From Perkinsus chesapeaki ATCC PRA-425 (Eukaryota > Protista > Perkinsozoa): a stretch of 64,000 nt of DNA. The stretch lies in contig JAAPAO010000104.1 in the NCBI GenBank assembly GCA_013115145.1, positions 12,262-76,261 on the forward strand, written 5' to 3'. This document shows positions 57,185 through 64,000 of this stretch, one piece after another. The position numbers were made by a program, and so were the translations under genes. Below the pieces are notes generated by a model that saw nothing but the letters and a program-made list of their open reading frames with translations, was not told the origin of the DNA and did no database searches. How positions within the stretch are numbered: position 1 is the stretch's first letter; each line of letters begins with the position of its first letter.

Positions 57185-59967
57185 ATGTCCGATATTGTCG
57201 ATGTTGCTGAGCTGGAGCTGCTGGTCGCGGCACAGGAGCGCACTCTTCAGGGTCAGGAGGCCGCAGGACTGTCTCTGGACCACGTCAGGAGGCAACTTCA
57301 GAAGGCCAGGCCACAGTCGAGCACGATCAAATGGCGAAGGTTTCTAGAGGACACGCTTATAGAAAACGGCAAGAAAATAAAGGAGCGTCAGAGCCGAACT
57401 CCACCATCTCCCTCTATTGAGATGTCCGACCCGGGGATCGAACTTGCGCCCTCCGAGGCTGCTACTACTAGACTTCACGATCCCACGTTGAAATCGACTC
57501 CGAAGCCAGAAGCGTCTAGTGGTGTTGTGCTGCCGTCTGGGCAGCCCTTGGTCATCAACGTGCAGGCCCCTCCTCCTGCTCCATCTCCACCAGGGAACCT
57601 TAATGGTACTGGGGAGCTCACGCTGCTTCAAACGGCCGAACTCGAAGTGAGTCATCATAGTCTGGAATGTCGAGTTTGTTATTTTCAGGTGCTCAGACGG
57701 GCCTTGCTCGGAGGAGCCCAGAGCCTGCTGACTGCGGCACCCCCTCGAGATGCTACGGAAGCAGCAGCAAAGACCGATCGGGAAGAGCGTCTTGAAAAAC
57801 AGGTATGCGTTGGTGATGTCCACCGGTGCTTGCCTGGTTGGCTGATCAGGTTGAAGAGCTGGGGCATCTAGCGAGGACTCAACAACGCCTCTTGGAGCAA
57901 CTGATGGCGAGGATACAAGAGATGAGCGAGGATCAGCACAAGCTCCGTCACGGGCATCGACACCGTCACGCCAGGCGCCATGGACGGCGGCGGGGTGATG
58001 ATGATGATGCTAATAGCCACAGCCAGGGTTCCGATAGTGGGGGAGAAGACTCACCGGACAGCCTAAGGCCATCAAGTCCGGTCCGAGATCTGATCGATTA
58101 CGACGAAATCCCTCTGCCTACCCAGAGGAGAGTGGATAGGCCTGCTGACCCGGATGAGTCTCCACCGCTGAAGCAGAACCTACCCGCGAAAGTGGTTTAT
58201 AGAAATAATAGTATGGAGATGTCGATCCCCTCGTCATCAAGGTTCCTCACGCTCAACGAGAGATGCACGCAGTTGACCGGCGGGACGGCGGCGGCGGCCG
58301 CGGCGGGGAACACCTCTGAGTTCGAGGAGAGTCCTGCGGTTGGTAAGAGCGAAGCTGTGAAAGAAGAGTCCACCGACCAGCTCATCTCGCTGGATCCGGA
58401 AGGCTCAGAAGCTACGCCTGGGGGCACCTCAGACGGTACGCCCCCGCTGACTGGCTCACTCGATAGGATACCCGAAGAAGAGGGAAGTCCGGATGATGAT
58501 GACAATGGTGCTGGATTAGGATTTCATTCCCCGACCAAAATAGTGGTCAACCCGGGCAGGAAGACACCGTCGTTCAAGTTCACCGATGAGACCAGCGAAG
58601 TCCGAGACTCTGATGACATTTCGGAGGTACAGCTGCACGCTGCCTCCTGCTCCTCCTCACTCGGAGATCCGTGGACGGCCAACTTCGGTTCGGGGTTGGA
58701 GCGAGGGTCCAGGTCGACTCTGGAGGAGCTCATAGCCGAGGGGGAGTCCTTGCTGATGAGCTCTGGAGAGCAGAAGGCTCACGCGAATCTGGTGCGTGCT
58801 ACCCCGGTGTTCGGATCTGGCAGGAGCAGCGCTTCGATATCCATTGAGATGAGGAACCCTCACAGACGAAGCGGCTGCGGCCTTCTAGGGGATCAAGTCA
58901 AAACGGAGGATGACGAGGAACTGCTGAGTCTGGTGCTGCAGGCGAGGCGATCGCTCGGACTTGAGAAAAATCCCGTTGATGATGATGTCATCACGAACGA
59001 GCGTGCCTTACAGTCTGCTGCTGCTGCTGGATTGAGCAACGGCTGCCTCTCGGGTGGCAATCACGGTAGAGCTGAGCGCAAGCAGTTGACCGCCCGTATG
59101 CCTGTGAGCGCTGTGAGTCTGGATGATAAGGAGAACGATGGTGGCGGCAGCGCAAACCTTTCGGTTCCGGGACGGGATTCTGGCGAAAACAATGTATTGG
59201 TGCTGGCAGCTTGGAGGCCTCCGCAAGATACCAGGCTAGGTGCCAGAAGCACATCAGAAGCTCCGAAGGCTCCTGTGCAGGTAAGTGGTGTGGCGTCGGG
59301 GGGACAGGTGGAGTCGTCGTCGTGAATGCAGGTTGATGATGAATCACTTCTGAGGCTGCAGGGATCGCCGTCGCCTGTATGGGAAGAGCCATATGCGTTG
59401 GTTGCAAATGAGCAGCTTGCTATCACTGATAAAGAGCCAGTGTAAGTTAGCGTGAGTAGAGCGTTGAATAGCGCCATAGCTCCCCTTAGTCTTAGCAGCC
59501 CCTCAATGGAGAGCATACCGGCAAAGTCGCCGGATTATCTCACCGGTGATGAGTTTCCTTTCGGGAATCCTCGCAACGAACCTACTCCTGGCAGCAGTCC
59601 CAGCAGCAGCGGCTTCACGACCATCGGTACCATTGCCTGAAACATAGTGTATAACGATTGTCCGTGTCAGAGAGCAGTTCCCGCTACACACACGTAGTGG
59701 CATTGCGGCCACGACAGGAAGGCTCCTCGAAGTCTCCAGCTCGGTAGATCGTCGTCCTCCCCCTTGACACTCGATCCTAGCCTCAGGTACAGCGGTCACC
59801 CTCGGCGGTTTCGAGATCTGGCATCGGCGCGGAAGAGCCAGCACGAAGCCTCCGTTCATTCAAGGACGAGTGCTGAGTGGAGCCGAGTTATGGAGAATCG
59901 ATTGAAGCATGCTAAAGAGGAGTGGGCTATGATTGCTGGTCGAAGCAGCCCAGTAGATTCGACCTGA
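57185..59967 (+). CDS. Hypothetical low-complexity/coiled-coil protein (multi-exon)
   Basis: ATG 57185; long Ser/Asp/Pro-rich open exons (57185-57646, ~57850-59280, ~59490-59967) bounded by GT/AG sites. No recognised domain. Confidence 0.6.
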
Positions 59968-60899
59968 TCTTCCGTCGTGTTGCAGTATAGTACGTTACCA
60001 TTAATCTTCCCAAATTAGTATTGCCACGCTGTAGCGGGTGTTGTCTTCGTCAATGGTGGAAAAGTCTTGAGGCAGTGCCTACAGAAATAACCTTGCAGGC
60101 ATTTCACTAATGACTGGAACTGCACAAGATCTTGCCAGGGCCAGGTAAGCACCGATCCTTATCCCCCCTTACCGTCCGTTCGACTCTGCTAGTGTTATCA
60201 TGACACATTACCCGACGTGATCTTGTCGATGAGCAGGTAGCTCACCATTATAAGCTACCTGCTCACCATCGTAGAGCTGTCCACCTCTGATGCGTCCACA
60301 CTTCCGCTGATAGATACCAACAATTCTTCTCATCGAACCTCTTCGGTGGTGCGGCGGTTGAGGCCAAGCCCAGGCACAGAGCTTTCGGTACGGTCTCGAT
60401 TGCGATAAGGGGGTAGCACTTCGCTCTTGCTAGGAAAGCGTGCCGATCAAACAACTTCAGAGATGTTCGGAGATTATAAAGAGAACACCAGGGCGCCTCA
60501 GAAAGAAGTTGTCGAGTTTGTGTAAGAATCGGGCGGCCTTCTGAGCCAGTCTGTGAGCGTAGGCCTCGCCGCCCGTATGCGAATGCCCACGAGAGAAAGC
60601 TACAGGATTTCAGGGGAAGTGAACTTTTGGTAGACGACAGTTTTTGTGTTTTAACCCATGCTGGCACTGTACAGGCCACTGACAGCGCCAACGCCGGATA
60701 TGTATACGCGCTTTCTCATGGAAGGAAAGAAACCGATAAAAGCCATGCTGACAGTCATGGAGTTTTGACCAGGTGAATGGACCTGCAGTTCGCCGACGCT
60801 AAAATATGTTCTATTCAGGCACGGCGCAGCTGCCCTGCGACAATACCATTTGCGCAGTGATGGCGTGATGCCTGGAGGTCTGCCAATCCCTACAAGAAT

Positions 60900-61553
60900 G
60901 GTTTTGTTATCTTCCCTATCAGATAACAACGCTTCCGATAAGTACGAGCGCTCGGCTCCCGCCAAACTGGTACCATCCGATGAAACGTGGTATTCGGCCA
61001 CCGAGGAGGTGAGCCTAGTGGCGTGTTACGTCTGTCCTTCTTTATACTATATGATCGATAATTTGAACGGATGCCTGCTCGATCAGCACAAGAGGTCCGA
61101 GGAGTCGACGGTAGCAGCCAAGGCGGACCGTGAGCGGAACTCGTCAGTCATGGACCTTCCCAAGCCCGTTGCAAAGCTGGTGCGCTATAGTGTGTGGTCG
61201 GAGAACATCTTCGCCGATTATTAGGGCGAACTTGTGGAGGCTGATAAAATGTCAGAATGTAAACGACGTAACAACATGTAGGCCAACATATATCGTCGTC
61301 TCCCCATGATCCAGAATTTAGGATGTACTCCGATCTTTTTGGGAGACAGACACCGGATTGCAGTGTCGGAGCTGCAACCTCAAATAGACGTAAGGGTATT
61401 AGGACATCTCCTACAGTCCGGATGAACACTGCAAGGAGCTCCCCTTCTTGGGCAAGTCGATTCTGGTATACTTTGCAGAAATATTATCTGTCTTCATTAG
61501 CGTCGAACGTTGAGCTCGGTGAGAGGCAGCCAGCGGATGTTAGTCACACCTAG
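60900..61553 (+). CDS. Possible small multi-exon hypothetical gene
   Basis: Short open segments flanked by GT/AG (DKYERSAPAK..TEE; HKRSEES..VAKL; DVLRSFW..). Frame continuity is not fully established. Confidence 0.3.
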
Positions 61554-62044
61554 GCTAGGAATTTCATACGAGGAAACCACACTGAGCAAGTTGTGTGGTA
61601 TCTTTGCTTATTTGTCAGTTTATCGTGCTAAACCACCGGCATGTGATGCATCTTGGATGACAAAGATGAATGCAGATGAGTGAGAGCCTCCTCCTTTACT
61701 AACTGGATCATCTGATGGTTTTTCAGCTCCTCTTCAACGGGCGAGAGAGGTATTCCAAGTAGGTCAGAGCCTGGGATTTCCTCCCGACTCAGCGATACAT
61801 CTAGCGCCACTCTAGAAATTCTAAAAATGTTATTCGGGGGTCGTAAAGTGTTTCCTTGGCGAAGACATAGGGAGAACTTCCAGAAACTGTGGATTCGAAG
61901 GCCTTCCTTTAGTGTTCCCCTTTAAGAAGGGAACACTGGACCGATTGCTCTTGGGAATTTTTCGTATTTCTCGATACCCCCTGTTTCGACTTCTTCTCAG
62001 GTGCAGGCAGAAACAAAGCTAGTGGAAGGAGCAGGTAAGCCGCA

Positions 62045-64000
62045 TTGGGGTGCGTTATAGCTGCTTATCACCTCAGGCTTAGCGGGGAAGGCATGTTCAT
62101 GGAGGACAACTCTAGTAAAGTGGCTTCGTATGGTAGACAAGGTACGAAACCGTCGACGCTACGACTTATGATTCAGTCCGTAGGTGATTCATCAGGACAT
62201 TGGGCAACGGGACAGAGCCACATGCGCAGTAGTGTACAAATTGGCGATGCTCCAACGTATGCTAACTACAATGGACTTGCTCTTACTCCTCAAGCCGTCT
62301 TTCCCAGGGGTTCTCCCAGTGGTTCTCCTCCTCGGAGCCCGGACGTGAACGATTGGAATATCACTGAACTTGCCATCACTGGTTTAAAAGAGAGTAACCT
62401 CTGCGTGGTGTGTCTTGTTATTAATGGATACAAGTAGATACAGATGAGCTCGCGTTCCGTCGGGATGTGATGCCCGGGGACTGCCACATTGTGAAGACGT
62501 CATTGAACATGGACTTGGTCGGTGGACGATGTCTTGGGGGAGCCAGAGTCCGAATTGACTGTCGCGCTACTATCAATTATACGCGCTCAGGTCTTCGTAC
62601 GCCACAACCCGAAATCTGATGACCTTCAACAGACCCTTAAAACACTCAACTCCAAGGGGTATGGAGTGAAGCTTCTATCGACGGCCAAGCCTAATTAAGC
62701 TACTCATGATTCAAATAATGCTATCGACGATCATCGTGTTTTCTAATACCAAAGACTGGTATCTACATAGAGTTGTGTTAAATAGTGACATCCGAGCACT
62801 AACGATATAATTCAAATATTACAGCGAGCGGAGTGAGTCACTCATTGGAATCCCTAGACCACTTTCCACCATTGTACACCTCGTAAGATAGGACAAGATG
62901 AGGGTGAGTCCGTACTGGATAGACTCACTTCAGGATCTTGCTAGCTATGGCATGGCCTATGCCATCGCGCGAGACGTCTAATGATTCATGACAGATCGAG
63001 TTATTCAAAATTGAGCTACAATCTCGATGGGTGAGATTCACACAACTGGTGTACCTCCTACCCACTACTTCCTCATGAAGGCCTCAGCTGATGAACGCCG
63101 ACAAGCAGAAGAACGGATTGATGCTCCAATCACCGAAGGTAAACTACAAACTACTGCCCCCGACGACGTTAACAACTACACAACTAAGTTAGTTGTTACC
63201 AGTTGGTTGAACTAACTGGTATCCACGGGCAGGTAGGAAACGCGTCCGCCCTATCCAGCCCACTATTAGAACTAATGATCTGGTCAAGTAGGCTATCAAC
63301 AAGTACCCCATCAAGGACTGCCAGAGCAAGATCCCTCGGATCATCAACAAGTATAGATCTTCAGTCACTGCTCACGCTATGGACATACGTGACGCCTACC
63401 GGGCTATCAAGCTTGGACGTAACCTCCAACTACTGAGCCAAATCAACTACAAGAACAAAAACTGGACTTACACTTACAGGAGCGATGGTAACTCCACTAA
63501 TCCGCAAGTTCTGGAAATTATTATTGCAAATGCTATCGGTGAGTTTGAGCGGCTGGGTTCCTGTTCTGGTGTACTAGTAAGCTACATGGACGATTTTCTC
63601 TACTTAGGAGGACGACTTGAAAACATTAAAAAGTCGTTGACCACTTCGCTAACTATGGCATGCATCTAACTACTGATAGTCTAAATGGACCAGAAGCTAA
63701 TGGTTTACTGCTACTAGGTCATGAACTATGCAACAATGGCGATTCCCTTCTGCTGCCTACCTATAAATACAACGACGCCATCAACTTCGACCTCACCACT
63801 GATGTATCCTACAAGAAGGTCCTATCTCTTCTGAACACCCTATGGCAAGCCTGGGACTTGCTTCCGTGGCACACTCTCATCGTCAAGAACTGTCTTACTG
63901 CATTAGTATCCCGCCTTCGAGCTGTTAAGGACCACAAATGGACCGACAACATTGATCACAAGACCCTCGATATGCTTCAACGATGGCAACAGTCACTAAA
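62045..64000 (+). mobile_element. Decayed retrotransposon pol (protease-like + reverse transcriptase), truncated by the window edge
   Basis: RT motifs MDIRDAYRAI and LVSYMDDFL (YMDD 63583-63594). Upstream IDCRATINY (~62554-62580) resembles a retroviral-type protease motif, IDSGATxNF. Multiple stops and frameshifts. Confidence 0.75.

Noticed and set aside
60263-61001. Minus-strand ORF pair as a secreted-family gene
   Set aside because: Frameshifted, overlaps a competing plus-strand model, and has no clear start or diagnostic motif.
1-64000. CRISPR arrays, rRNA genes, SL-RNA gene
   Set aside because: No regularly spaced repeat-spacer array, rRNA-like conserved segment or full spliced-leader sequence was seen by eye; an Infernal/Rfam scan would be needed to exclude small ncRNAs.

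Overview
Compact, intron-rich eukaryotic protist DNA. Short 41-55 nt GT/GC-AG introns, an intronless aspartyl-protease array and HPR/OPR-type repeats suggest Perkinsus or a close myzozoan relative (inference). Gene order: acyl-CoA dehydrogenase (-); a 200-aa mitochondrial-targeted membrane protein with two mutually exclusive duplicated exons (+); an IGHMBP2/SMUBP-2 helicase whose 4.3-kb intron holds Tc1-like and LTR-retroelement relics (+); WDR83/MORG1 (+); an SDR (+); three pepsin-like proteases (-; one canonical, one DTR/DTR pseudoenzyme, one pseudogene); a small secreted Cys-rich ORF; a ~19-kb DNAH6-like inner-arm dynein heavy chain (+); a repeat-domain hypothetical (-); an HPR/OPR-repeat gene and a low-complexity gene (+); and a decayed protease/RT retroelement running off the right edge. 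The most unusual signals are (1) many perfect palindromes with a one-base spacer, often chained X-n-X'-n-X, scattered through non-coding DNA, one of them demonstrably an insertion, (2) the phase- and sterically-enforced mutually exclusive exon pair, and (3) the symmetrically disabled aspartyl protease. Gene models were spliced by eye and no database searches were run.
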